Shown piece by piece: positions 50,801 through 62,600 of a stretch of 64,000 bases of DNA. Both the position numbers and the translations under genes were made by a program. How positions within the stretch are numbered: the first letter of the stretch is position 1; the number at the start of each line of letters is the position of its first letter. Source of the DNA: a bacterium (GTDB taxonomy: Bacteria > Zhuqueibacterota > Zhuqueibacteria > Residuimicrobiales > Krinioviventaceae); assembly GCA_963674595.2 (NCBI GenBank), contig CAXXFV010000004.1, positions 192,001 through 256,000 on the forward strand, written 5' to 3'. A model generated the notes under the pieces. That model was not told the origin of the DNA. It was given only the letters and a program-made list of their open reading frames with translations, and searched no databases.

Positions 50801-51646
50801 AACATTATCGGGAAATTTAAAAGGCTCTAATATTTCTCCTTCATCAGCCCGGGCGATAATCGTGTTGCTGTTATCAACAACAAAGGCATTATATAAAATA
50901 TCCCGATGTTCGGACATTTTTAAAGTAGAAATAGGCTTGTAAGCGCTGGATAATACATCCCACTCCTGACTGCCCGATTCAATAAGCTGCTGCCGTCGTT
51001 CAGGGTCAAAACCCTGAAAGCTTGTTGCAACTTCAGTGGCAAGAACAGAGCAAGCCTGCCGTCCCCTGTCCAGATAATCTTTCAGGACAATATCATCATC
51101 CCTAAAAAATAAAAAGAAATACCCTATTATTATCAATACAGTGTAAATGGACAGGGAGATAAGCCAATAACGTGCTTTTAGAGTTAATGGAATGGTTGGA
51201 ACCGCCAGCCTTCGCTTTGTAAGAGGCTCCCTGTTTTTAACCATCCATAATTCATTTCCCTCTTCTGTCTTTCGGTAATCTATGGAATCCAAAAGGCGGC
51301 GCATAATAAAAATACCCAAACCGCCTTTTTTACCAATTTCGACATAACGCTGCAGGTCTGGATCACCAACCTGGCGCGGATCAAAATATTTTCCCTGGTC
51401 GATAAGAACGATAGTAATACTGTTCTTCTTTAACAAGGCACGAATGGTTATACTGCCTTCCCAATCACGATAAGCATGCTTGATAATATTGGTAGCTGCT
51501 TCATCTATAGATAACTTGAAAGCATTTACAATTCGTTCGGAAAAACCATGTCTTCTACCCACCTTTGTAACAAAATCTCGAAGTTCTCCCAAATACTCAA
51601 TTTTTGCCGGTACTTTTAATTGTTCTTTTACAATATTCCGAAACAA
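47849..51646 (-). CDS. membrane protein fusing RsbW-like Ser kinase + periplasmic sensor + HAMP-like linker + SpoIIE/RsbU PP2C phosphatase + HTH + acidic tail
   Basis: HATPase (DEAATNIIKHAY, DQGKYFDP, GGLGIFIM), two TMs, PP2C (GGDYFD, ADVSGKG, SAGHNP, YTDGITEA, DDIT), an HTH region and a roughly 400-aa D/E-rich region. Confidence 0.88.
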   Translation of the reverse strand: MFRNIVKEQLKVPAKIEYLGELRDFVTKVGRRHGFSERIVNAFKLSIDEAATNIIKHAYRDWEGSITIRALLKKNSITIVLIDQGKYFDPRQVGDPDLQRYVEIGKKGGLGIFIMRRLLDSIDYRKTEEGNELWMVKNREPLTKRRLAVPTIPLTLKARYWLISLSIYTVLIIIGYFFLFFRDDDIVLKDYLDRGRQACSVLATEVATSFQGFDPERRQQLIESGSQEWDVLSSAYKPISTLKMSEHRDILYNAFVVDNSNTIIARADEGEILEPFKFPDNVKEIQKNVFEFRQPDGKKVVDIVYPVVDEQDHIMSRAHLFIDGDKIYSDVSKARQNNLSLALFVWVIGVAGLFLLIYIVMNPFRRLQEWVKELGKPGVAEEMDIDSSTEVGEIAQAFSDITQQLKASQLNLAEQERLQKEMQVAQEIQQTLLPSEFPDIEGYDISSYYAAAKEVGGDYFDFVEVDRDTLGIVVADVSGKGVPGSLVMTMIRTALRTEARGIKDAAEVLARVNDFVVNDMKKGMFVTLFYVIIDSKRRRLNFASAGHNPMILFRPSTNNTYYLNPRGFPIGISLPDKHLFRNSIESGTVSLAEDDILIIYTDGITEAMNAKRQLFAEERFLNVVRRFGHLTAGEFVEKLQREIVAFTEGFPQNDDITLVSIKEKSSAEKVELKRAKKVFNLVSEGKSIKEACESVGITTYAYNKYKASFEKEGLDQFTLENEEEQIEARHLSIEEKTKIYDIIRRFPDYGAKRISEELNTERYSFSIISAAKIYEELVRSRLNTKELRKAFIARGGKKRRIKPPGTPMLTIDGKVILQKANYSLPEEEDLKQFESEELPKQDKKSKDIELDAEITTKPVETEEVAQVIQEFKSPLELLDLEPDSLLLTPLVDLFDKRKNVTVRQQESGPEQPDRVQDRDESDEQQELVKDVKEDDIHENQDDELSSVDDSMDFDFVHDEDDMIVDQDTDILLSEHESVIDVSESEFFEAPFDEERDKVKQDEKASIEPEPDTETDDAILELEADDFSDLEIFDFAGDETEPESEAEKEEEIGDLEYSDTDHLQTQSEKEELDFIDALNAGGGLDEPEKKEEKDEFEGEPVEDIDFIDEESSLLFDEEKDFSDSFDEFIEIIDEEGVISTTGEIEETISEQILENEIKEQINNHSENEFEEEINWDISDFKFEQGDEESVVEEDSKSLSFDELLDFVESDDTFYDEDEEQFEMLLKEALTDKKKMSDHEKFPLDVNLEKDEYMYNKKDGRCLKIVF

Positions 51647-51668
51647 CGAATGTAACCTCTATTATTTT

Positions 51669-53678
51669 TTAATTTGTCTTTTGTTGGCGTAACTTTTCAA
51701 CAGCAGCATCCAATGCGCGTAAAATAGATATATTGTTTGGTTGTAAATCTAATGCTTTTTGATAAAAATCCAAAGCAGTTTTAAAATCACCTTTTGTATA
51801 AGCCATAACACCTTTTGTATAAAGGTCTTTAACTTCGGGGGTCATTTTCATTTGTCGTGCTTCTGCACGTTGTTTTGTTGCTTTATATTTTTTCTGTAAT
51901 TCTTTATTATTCGGATCGCTTTTTAAAGCGTCTTCATACAAAGCGGCAGCTTCTTTCCAGTTTTTATCACGTTCATAAATAGCCGCACGTCTTACTTTAT
52001 CTTCATTGTTTAACCTTAATTCCAGTCTGTTTAACCGATTGGCGATATAAGATTCCACTTGTTTATTTCCACGGGCGAGGCGCCGTGCTCGGTTATAATA
52101 ATTTACAGCTTCATATCGTTGACCACGTTCTTCAAATTTTTTCGCATTTTCAAGTAATTCTTTTAATTTTTGTTTCAAATCTTCGGTTATTTTATCGCGA
52201 AGTTCTTTAACAATTTCACTGTTCGGTTCAACTTCCAATGCCCGTTCACATTCAAGCAAGGCATCCGGGTACTCTTCATCTGCAAAATAACCCATTGCCT
52301 TGTTATAATGCTCTTCAACAAGCTGTTGCTGGCGCCTTCTGGCCGCCGCTTCCTGATCACGTTTTAACAATTCCAGGTTTTCTTCTTCCTGCTGTTTTTT
52401 GATCGCCATATTAATGCGGCTTAAGAGGTCCCTTGCGTCGGCAAGTTCAGGATCATCACCGGATTCATCATAGGTAAGGACTTTGTTAATGGTCGTAAAT
52501 GCGCGCGCATAATCTTTACTCTCAAAAAATTGATTTGCCCGTGCCATTCCGCTGACTATGGCATTTTGTCTTTCAAGCTGTTTCTGCCGGTAAACCTCTT
52601 CCTGAATGCGTTGTATTTCTTTTTCACGAATTTCCGCCAAACGCTGCTCCCGATCTTTACCTATATTCATAACAAAAGATAACCGGTGGCTGCTTCCCAA
52701 AAGAGAATCCCAACCATTCCAATATGAATAATCGAGTTCAAAACCGACAAATTTTAAACCAAAACCATAGGTCGGCATCGCGCTTTTAGTGTCGGTAATG
52801 TCGGGTCGCATATCATAGCCCAGCCTGAGCATAAAGTTTTGGTTAAAATCATATTCTACACCCATGTGATATTGGGTTGGGATATTATAATTAAAATTAT
52901 TTGAAAATTGTCGTTCATTAACATCCATCTCAAAAGCAAAAGTAAGATAGTTTTTTGGATTGCTCATAACAACAGTTTTTGACAATCCAAACCTGTAATT
53001 TCTCGGTGTTGTTTCGCGGTCTTCTATGGCCCGAATACTTCTTTGAATAAAATTCTGGATATTAAGACCGATTTTTACATTGCCTAACACTCCTGAATTA
53101 AAAGGCGACAGTAATATGCCGACATCCGTACCAAATCCGGATTCGGTAATATTGCTGACATTTAATGAATTATCCGCATACCCCGGAAGATCAACACGTT
53201 CCAATTTAAATGTTGCACCCAATGACATCCAGTCAAGCATTTGGTAACCATAACCAAATAAAAACAATGTCCGGCTGTAATTTGTTGATCCCAACTTTGT
53301 AGCATCATCATCCCGAACCGTTATATCACCTGTGGATAACCTGAGAATACCTACAGACATGGTTCCCATTGTCAATGTTGGGTAGGCATAGGAAAAATAA
53401 TTATATTGGGTTCCGGCAGGCAAATTTGAATAATAGAAACCCAGTCCCATTTGAGGAATTTGGTCCAATGCAGCCGGGTTCCAGTATAGCGCAAAAGGAT
53501 CGTTGGCAACAGAAACATAAGCGCCTCCCATAGCCATAGCCCTGGCGCCGACCGGAGAATCAAAAATATCCGTCATTCCTCCCCACTGGCTGCTTGAGTT
53601 TTGTGCAAAACACACCAGCGGAAAAAATAGAAATGCGAGTTTAAAATATTTTAATATTTTTGTTTTCAAATCAGTCAT
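51669..53678 (-). CDS. PorV/PorQ-like outer-membrane barrel with C-terminal TPRs
   Basis: Signal peptide; VGARAMAMGGAYVSVAND..ALYWNPAAL; beta-strands ending DYS...SHRLS; then a coiled coil and multiple TPRs. Confidence 0.85.
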   Translation of the reverse strand: MTDLKTKILKYFKLAFLFFPLVCFAQNSSSQWGGMTDIFDSPVGARAMAMGGAYVSVANDPFALYWNPAALDQIPQMGLGFYYSNLPAGTQYNYFSYAYPTLTMGTMSVGILRLSTGDITVRDDDATKLGSTNYSRTLFLFGYGYQMLDWMSLGATFKLERVDLPGYADNSLNVSNITESGFGTDVGILLSPFNSGVLGNVKIGLNIQNFIQRSIRAIEDRETTPRNYRFGLSKTVVMSNPKNYLTFAFEMDVNERQFSNNFNYNIPTQYHMGVEYDFNQNFMLRLGYDMRPDITDTKSAMPTYGFGLKFVGFELDYSYWNGWDSLLGSSHRLSFVMNIGKDREQRLAEIREKEIQRIQEEVYRQKQLERQNAIVSGMARANQFFESKDYARAFTTINKVLTYDESGDDPELADARDLLSRINMAIKKQQEEENLELLKRDQEAAARRRQQQLVEEHYNKAMGYFADEEYPDALLECERALEVEPNSEIVKELRDKITEDLKQKLKELLENAKKFEERGQRYEAVNYYNRARRLARGNKQVESYIANRLNRLELRLNNEDKVRRAAIYERDKNWKEAAALYEDALKSDPNNKELQKKYKATKQRAEARQMKMTPEVKDLYTKGVMAYTKGDFKTALDFYQKALDLQPNNISILRALDAAVEKLRQQKTN

Positions 53679-53690
53679 AAAATTAATTAA

Positions 53691-56600
53691 TTATTTAACA
53701 ACAGCAATTTTTGTAATGGCTGTTTCTGTTTCTGTTATTATATAAGCCAGGTATACACCATTCATTACCCTGAAATTCTGGCCATTAGTTCCGTCCCAAA
53801 TGACATCACCTTGATGAACACCTTCACTTGTTTGTAACTGGTCTGAACTTTTTGAAAAACTCCAGGACCGTACCAATTCTCCGGTTAAAGTAAAAATCTT
53901 GATTTCAACATCACTCGGTTGACTGAGATAATATAAAAATTTTGTTTCCGTTCTGTCCGGACGTCCAAACGGGTTTGGGTAATTACAAAATGTTTTTTCC
54001 AGTTGTTCTTCAACAACAACAGATAATTTTGAAGAGATACCTAAATCTAATACTTGATTATAATTAGAATCAACAATTGTCAACGGCAGTCCGGATACAT
54101 CAGAGGCCCGGATATTTTCAGGACTGTTGATATATAATTGAAATCCATAGGCACTGCCAACATTTCCAATATCTGCAACAATATCAATAGAATCCGGTTC
54201 TGTACCTTTCAGAGTATCTGGTAAATTCGATTTTAAATCCAACAGGATAAAGTCTGTACCAAAATTCGTCTGCCACGCAAAAACATGTGCCGGATCGGAA
54301 TGTCGAACGGCAGCGACGCGTGAAAAAACGGATGCCGGTGATACCGGTTCACCTTTTTTATCTTTAACAAATATTTTCAAGCTGTCAATAATGGAAACAC
54401 TGCTCGAAGCCGCATCCTTGTTTCTGGCTTTAAAACCCATCATTTTAACATTTTGACTGCCTTTAGAAACAACAGATTTTTCCTGTAAAACATAGGGTTC
54501 GATAACTACCATACCTGCTTCGGAGGATACCAATATTTTTGCCAAATCTTTGTCAATAGAGGCTTGCTGTTTTGTATAGGTGTCATTTGGTGCTTCCAGC
54601 AAATAAAACTTAATCGTATCGGGAACATCTGTTTTATATTTAGGGGCCTGAATTGTCCAGGAAATTGCATCATTTGCACCGGCAGCGGTTTTAATCGTAT
54701 CACCTTTTGTTGTAAAACCATTATCTGAAAGTTTTATTTTAACCTGATAGGAACCGATCAGGTCAGACTCTCCGATATTTGATAAATAGCTTACAACCTG
54801 AAATTCACTACCGACACGCACGGTACCGGAATCAATAAAAACATCCTGGTCCATTGAAGCTAAAAGTTCGACACCTGCTTTATTTAATGTCTGTAAAGTA
54901 AAGGTCTCAGTATCTTTAGAAATTTTAGCGTTTGTACCGGAATTTTGATCAACAGGCGCCTGAATAAAATTAAACTCAAATTTCGACAAACCCTCTGGTT
55001 TGGCAGCGGGAGCCTGTAGTTCCCACTCGGGAAAGATATTATTCTTAACATCCGCAACGGTAACAGAAAGTCGTCTCTCACCTGACAGAGAAAAACCAAC
55101 AGGTAACGGAGCTAATTCGACAACAAAACTGTCCGTATCTGCAAAGCCGGCATCACCCGAATTGGTAATAGATGTTGTAAGGGTAAAATACTGGCTTGTG
55201 GAAACGCGATCTACAAGTCCTTCAGGAGCCGATATTTTTGGAGTTATAGAAACAACAGCCTGGTTTTCAACGGTGATGTCCATAGCATCAGAAAAAATTT
55301 CTAAATCTGCTCCAGACCGAAGGTCCTTTGCATTGACTTTAATTTGTACATTCCCATCGCCGGTCACACCTGGTGCCGTGACTTTCCAGGTAACTCTTTG
55401 GTCGTCTCCTACAGCGATATCCTGGTTTACCGGATTTACAGCGTCGAATTCTTCCGAAGAAAATATAATCTGCGCACTTATATCTTCAGCAACCTGACCG
55501 GAACTTATTTCGGCTGTAATGTAAAACGTTTGATTCGTGGACAATTTATTGTCTCTTGCACCGACAGGATTACTGACCCACAAAGAATCAACACTGATAT
55601 ATCCGCCTTCCTGTGTATAAACGATTAATTCCCGAGTATTGGTTTCAACTTCCACACTTTTATTGGAATTTTCATCTTTTGGAACGCTGTCAGAGTCAAT
55701 TTCTACCTTAACTCGTTTATTTTGCAATACTTCATTCGGAGCAGTAATAGTCCAGCCAATATTTTCATTTATATCAAAATCTTTAGTAGCAGATTCTCCG
55801 TCAGCCAAAGATAATCCACTATCCAATAGATCTAGTTTAAGCTTTCCTTTTGCTGTTTCAGGATCAAGACCGGCAGAGCCAAGGTTGGTAACCCGGGCCT
55901 GTAATGTTGCTGTTTGACCTGTTGATAGATAGGTTGCCCCGTCTGTCATTGTTGTCAGAGGTATTACAGACAATGCTTCCAAATTTAAAATTGCTTTAGT
56001 AACAACTTTTTTAATGGTTATACTTGCTTTAGAAACTTTTTCTTTTCCGTTTTCTTCACCTTTTAATTCAAGTTGAAGGGTATGATTATCTGAAACTTCG
56101 GCTGATGGAGCAAAGATCGTCCATGACAATGTAGCAGAATCCTGATCAACAGTTTTTTCCAGACTATCATCGTCTGCTAACGAATAACGCCGGCTGCCGG
56201 CAATTGCCGGTAATAAAAGTTTGACTTTTCGATTGGTCAAATTCTTTGACGTTTTGACCTTGGCTTCCAATTGAAGGGTCTGTTCCGTAGAAAGCACACT
56301 GTCTTTGGCGCCTTCGGGTTCAATAATTGTAAAATAATCTATTAGCAGAATTGAGGTTTTGGTCTCTACCAGAAAACTATCCTCTTCCACCTCTATCAGG
56401 GCATCTTCAAGTGTGTTCAAATCTTTAGGTGTTTCAGTAATCGCAGCCTTGACCGCTAACGGAGCGGTATCTGTATCAGGGGATTCTAATTCGTAATTAA
56501 CTTCTTTTGATACATCATCTCCTGTAAGACTGAAATTTGCCGTCTGAGGATCCGTTATATAATCTATTCCATCAAAAATTCGATAACCTTCAGGCGGCGT

Positions 56601-59600
56601 AAAGACAAAGTTTCCATCCTTAACCTGAGATGTTCCTAATCTTTCAACTTTGACTGTAACCTTAAATTTGCTCGACGCTGTTACAACCGAATCTGCTGAA
56701 TTTGCCGGGAACACAGAAATATTAACCCGTGCCGGTTCCTGAATTCGAATCCGTGCCTGGTCATCATCCGCATCAGGTTCCTGAATCTGGGCTATTTCAT
56801 CACTGCCGATAGCTTTTGCAGATAATATTTTCGCCGTATAAAGTTCCGAAAGTTCTTCATTAACACCCAAATCATTTACAGCCGTAACATCAAACACAGC
56901 ATAGGCCGTTGAATCTTTAGCAATACGCGGGATTATTACGGTATCCGGTTTAACCATAGACAAAACAGTATTTGATGTGACCTCTCTGGAATCCAATTCA
57001 ACCTTAACACTGTCAACGCCCAAAACCTGCCCGGCTTTAACTTTAACCTGAACCTGAAATGCCTGACCTCGATTAACCAGACCGATTCCATTGTTATCAA
57101 ATGTGTTACAAACTATTTCCGTGTCTTTAACCTGCACCCTGGCATTAACACTTCTCACAATAATATCGGCCGATGCATTATCCGTCAAAACCGGGCTGTC
57201 CGTCGGCAGGTTTTTATCTCTGGCCTGCAATGCTACATCAATTTTCCCTGTTCCGGCCAGCTTTCCATTGTTACGGACAATATAAACCAACGAATCTATA
57301 GCGCCGCCGGGTAAAACCAATCCTACCTGGTTTTTTAATTTTTGTGGTGGAGCGATGTCATAGTCCGCGTCAACAACATCGTTTATAGAAAAAACAATAT
57401 TCTCAGCATTAATATTGACAAATTCCAAATCAGAACTTCCTGTATTAGTAACCTGGACAAAAATATTCCAGTTTACCAACTCATCTCCGGCATTGATAAT
57501 GTCCTCTTGCGGACTGACAGATAAAATTTCAAAAACTGCCGGGTTTTCCACAATGGCCTGAGTTATGTTATTTCCCTCAGGATCTAAAATTGTTACACCC
57601 TGGTTATTATGAACACCCAGGGCATTATTAATATTTGCTGTAAACTCTACATTCCCTGATTCACTACCGGCAGTTATTCGAAAACTCAGTTCCTGTTCCT
57701 GGTTGCCTTGAATGTTTTGAGCAAAAGTAATAGGTGATGTTAATACTTTACCCAATGTTTCGCTACTTGTGCCTAAAGATACCTGAACATCTTTGGCTGC
57801 TTCTGAACCTGTATTTTTGACTTTAACACTTACATCAAAACTCTGTCCTGTATTAACAGTCCCTTCTGAACTAGGGGCAAGATTTTCGACAGCTATAATT
57901 TGCAGCCTGGCAGGTTCATGAATTTTAATAATGGAAAAATTATCATTTGATGACGAAATATCAGCAATTGACCCGTCTCGGGCAACAGCCCTGATAATGT
58001 GTGCCTCAATTTTCTCACCGGTCAAATTCTCAGCATCAGCAGCGGTCAGGTTAAATGTCAGCGTATCAGTTTGACCAACGCCCAATCTGTGACTTTCTTT
58101 TATACCATTTATAATAGCCGAACTTGGCGCTGTTAATTGAACTTTAACGGTATCCAATTCCTGAGCACCAACATTTTGGACCATCACCTTTATAATTAAA
58201 TCCTGACTAATATTTACATAACCCGTATCATTAACAACCACGGGCAAATCAGGATCAACAAAAGTTTTCACAAGCATTACATTAGAGCGGTTAGTTGCCT
58301 GCACGGATGTTTGTTTGGCCTGGGTAGCGATAGTACGGTTTGCGTCATTCAGGTCCGTGGCCGAAACTTTTCCGGTTATTGTAATTTCGCCGCCGGCTGG
58401 TCCGTTTGAAGTAACATCAAAAATTAATGTATCGCGTTCGCCGCCCTTTAACACCAAGTCATCTTCGGTTACAGCCCGTGGACTAAATACATATCCTTCT
58501 CCCGGATTAAACGTAATGTCGTCCTTGGTCGGCTGTTTCAGTTTTAATGAACCACCCTGCTCTGTGTTATTTTCAACATCGAGAAAAATTTGCCAGTCGA
58601 CACTTGTCCCGGGGATAACGGTATCAACAGATGTATATACCTGGTGTAAAACAAGGTTTCCGGGTTCCTGAACATGAACCGTAATTGATGAATCCAGGGG
58701 CGTTAAAATTTTTGCCGACTGTTTTGTATTACGTGCAATAGCTGTTTCAACTTTGGCAACGAGATTATCTTTAAATCCGGGTAAATCAGGTGCATTAACT
58801 CGTACACCAGGTTCCGTCCATACTGATTCTCCCGGACCTAATGATTCAATATTAAAAGTCTGGCCTTCCGGGGAAAATTGAAATACATCCGATTCCGAAT
58901 AAAACCGAATCGTGGTTTGCTGAACAGTATCACCTGATTCCGGATTGCCCGGATTTGTCACAAGGGCTTTAACATAAAATGATTGTTCGGAATTTACAAA
59001 AGAATCTGATGGAACATCTATAATAACCTGGTCCAGTCGTATAGCCGCCGAATCCTGAATTGCCAAACTAACCTGGCCATTTCCCGGAGCTGTTGAAAAA
59101 CTGTATATCAAATTCCTGTTTACTTCGGTCATTCGGACTGTGGCGTTGACTGTTGTTATACCGACTATTGATTCTTCCGCACTTGTTAACTGAACATTAT
59201 AGATCAAACTATCCCGGCTTCCGCCTGAAAGTATTTTACTATTACTTCCATCAAAAAATCCGGGTTTGGTAAAATTAAAATATTCATCACCAATTCCAAA
59301 ACTCAGTTTGGTATTTTCTGAATCCAATAATAAATCTGCTTCTCCTGCATTTTCGAGATGCAAAGTCACTTTCCAGGGCGTAGTCTGTCCGCGAGTGATA
59401 CTCGACTGGCTCAAATGCAGCCGCGTAAATTCCAGTTCAGCAGGGTTTTGGACCTGAATTTCATCGCCTCTCGGTAGTGTACTTTCCGGATGATCATCTG
59501 TATTGACCAAATCGGTCATAAATACAGATCCATTAAGGACCGTCTGTTGGTTCGGTGTTTCCGCAGATACATTTGTAACCGCAATACGAATGGTGTCGGT

Positions 59601-62600
59601 TTGTCCGGCTGATAAAATATTACTTTCACTAACAAAAGAATTCGGAATATCAAAAGTAAAATATTCGGACACGTCGTTGGTGCCCTGAGAAAAAGTCAAT
59701 TCCGCCGTATCATATTGCAAATTATTGGAACCATTATTGACCAGAATAAAATCAATTTTCCATTGATTGGTTTGGCCAATTGTAACACTGGGTGTTGAAG
59801 CAACAATATGATTAAGTGAAAATTTTCCCGGATCACTGACCGTTAATGAAGTTGTTAATTCTATATTATCAGAAAAAGCATTATTGTTTTCAGTACCACT
59901 TATTATTAATTGAGGTAAATACTGGCCCTTTTGAAATGCAAGCGGTATTAATGTCCTTAAAAAGTTTATTGTAACCGTTTGTCCTCCCGGCACACGGTTA
60001 TCATAAGCCGGATCAAGAGCAGCACTGAAAAAATGAAGACCATCGTTAAATTGAAATTTCGTTTGGCTTGTGTTTAAAATTAAATCAGAGCCGCCGATGT
60101 TGCTAACATCAACAGTAAAACCAACCTGTGCACCGGCAGAAACAGTCGTTGGCTGAAGACTGTTTTCAACATATTCGATATTTGCCGGTTCCTGAACGGT
60201 AATAATTTTAGTTGACGATGTAAATTGTTCAACAAAAAATTGATTTCGGTTAGGTTCACGAACACGAACCTGAGCCTGTCCAAACAGGTCACCCAGCACG
60301 TTTCCAATGGTTGTTGCTTTAAAAATAAGGCTGTCGCTTTCACCGGCCTTTAAAATAATGGAATTGGATGCAGATAGTTTTTCCGGCAATGTAAAAGTAA
60401 AATCTTGCTGATGTACGCCTTCCTGCAATAACCTTACCCAGGTATTTTCAGCATTTGTTAAATCGATTTCAACATCAGCGCCGCCGTCATTGGCTACATG
60501 GACCGTAACCCACCAATTTGGTTCAACCCCAAAAGTAACAAATTCCGGAACGGCCTTAATATTTGTTATTTTAAAATCAGATGCTTCCTGTATGGACACA
60601 ACAGCTTTCATAGCTTCAGATGCGGTGATCTCTTTTGCGGCCTGAGTGTTTACATTTTTATAATGAATATTTGCACCTATTAAAACATCACCGACCTGGC
60701 TGCCCGTTTCGGTAACGGAAAAAACAAGCGTGTCTGTTTCATTTGACTTTAACTGTGAACCTAAATTTTGAAGCGCATCCGAACAATTATGAACAAATGT
60801 ATCATTAGAAAACTGCAGGACGCTTGTATCAAAATCCATTTCAATGGTGCTGCCGCCCTGGTTTTTCAACACAACGGCAACAGTCCAGGGGTGCGTAGCA
60901 TCACCAGCAGTGGCTGTTGTTTGTGAAGGAATAATGTCAAGAATGCGCAGGTCATCTGCTGTTTGGACTTCGAATCCTCCAAAAACATCACTGATATTGG
61001 AATTGGTATAAATCTGGTTTGTCGCCTCAACCCGCCCATAAATATCGATAGGGCCTGTTGTTGTTCCGGTCTCATTAACAGTAAATTGTAAATGTCTCGT
61101 TTCGCCGGCAGGAATGGTTAATCCGCCCTCTACCAGAGCTGTAGGGGTTGAAATATTATATTCAGATTCCGTATAATCGGTACCACCACGTTTAAAACGA
61201 ATATATGTCTTGTCTGTGTCTATGGATAACGTCAGATCAATTCCGCCGGTGTTATGAATCCCCATTAAAACAGTCCAGTCAGCTAGTTGCCCGGCAGTAA
61301 CGGTAGATTGAGAAGCGGTAAGCTCTGTAAACTCTAATGATGAGCCTTCGACCACCTGAAATAAATTCGGGATTTGTGTAACAACTTGTTTTTCAATTCC
61401 GGAATTGGCATCACTGTAATTAATTGTCTGACGAACTGTTATATTGCCAAGGTCCGCTTGATCAGTAACTGTAATATAATAGGTCAACGCCTGAACAGCG
61501 CCGCCATCAACAGTTTCAGGATTTCCATCATATATAACAACAGAAAACTGTGAAGTAACATCTTCCAGATTATTAATAAACTGAAATTGACTCGATATCA
61601 AATCGGCTGGAGCCGAGTTTGTAAAATTTAAATTATTTGAAACCTGAGTTTGCAGCTCAATCCCCCGGCTTCCCTGGGCCAGTTGATTATCTTCAATCGA
61701 AATACTGTTAATTGCCAAATTTGCTGCTTGCTGGACAATCCATGCAGGATTTGGGTTTGTAAAGATCGTTGAAATCGAACTTGTACCTACAAGACCATCT
61801 AATTGACCGTTTATTGTAATAACTTCCAGAGCAGCCGTAGACGCTACATCAACTAAAAATTGTAACGTTGCTATTTGATTCGCGGCAATGGATCTGGTTT
61901 CAAACGCCGGAACCTGATAATCAATATCCCGATCAACAGTTCCTGATCTAAATTGAAGGACTGCTGATGTTAATGTTATTTGTTGACTACCACTGTTCTG
62001 CACACGCATGGACACCTGAACATTTGATTGTCCCTGACTAACACGGTCGGTAGCGCTGGTTATACTCAAAATATTAAGGGCACTAACAGTTATAGAGCTG
62101 GATTGAGTGGATATCCCTAAACTCTGGTCATGAACTGTAAATGTTTGTGTACCCGGTGTATTAAAAACAAAATTATTTCCGCCAAATACCATAGGGTGAC
62201 TTGTAAAATTGGTAGAGCCTGGTAATGTAGCAGACCCATCAGTACTGGTAAAATAAATTAACCCGCTGTAATTTGTTTTTTCATTGCCATAAGCATCTAT
62301 AGCACGAACAATAACATCTGTATTAAAAGAATTGCCTGCGGCCACAGATGTCGGATAATTTGAAAGTTCAAATTTGGCCAGACTTCCGGGAAGGACTGTA
62401 ATTGTACCGGTGGTCTTTGTTACACCCGTGGTTTGGTCCACTCCCCGCAGGGTGACCGATTCCACCCGATAAAGGGTCTGCTCTGCTTCTCCTGTTCCAT
62501 TAACCACAGGAATTTTTGTAAAACGCGGGGCATCACCATTGGGAGAACTACTACCGCCAATGGCCGCACTGATAACAATATTACCGGAAACCGGATTTAA

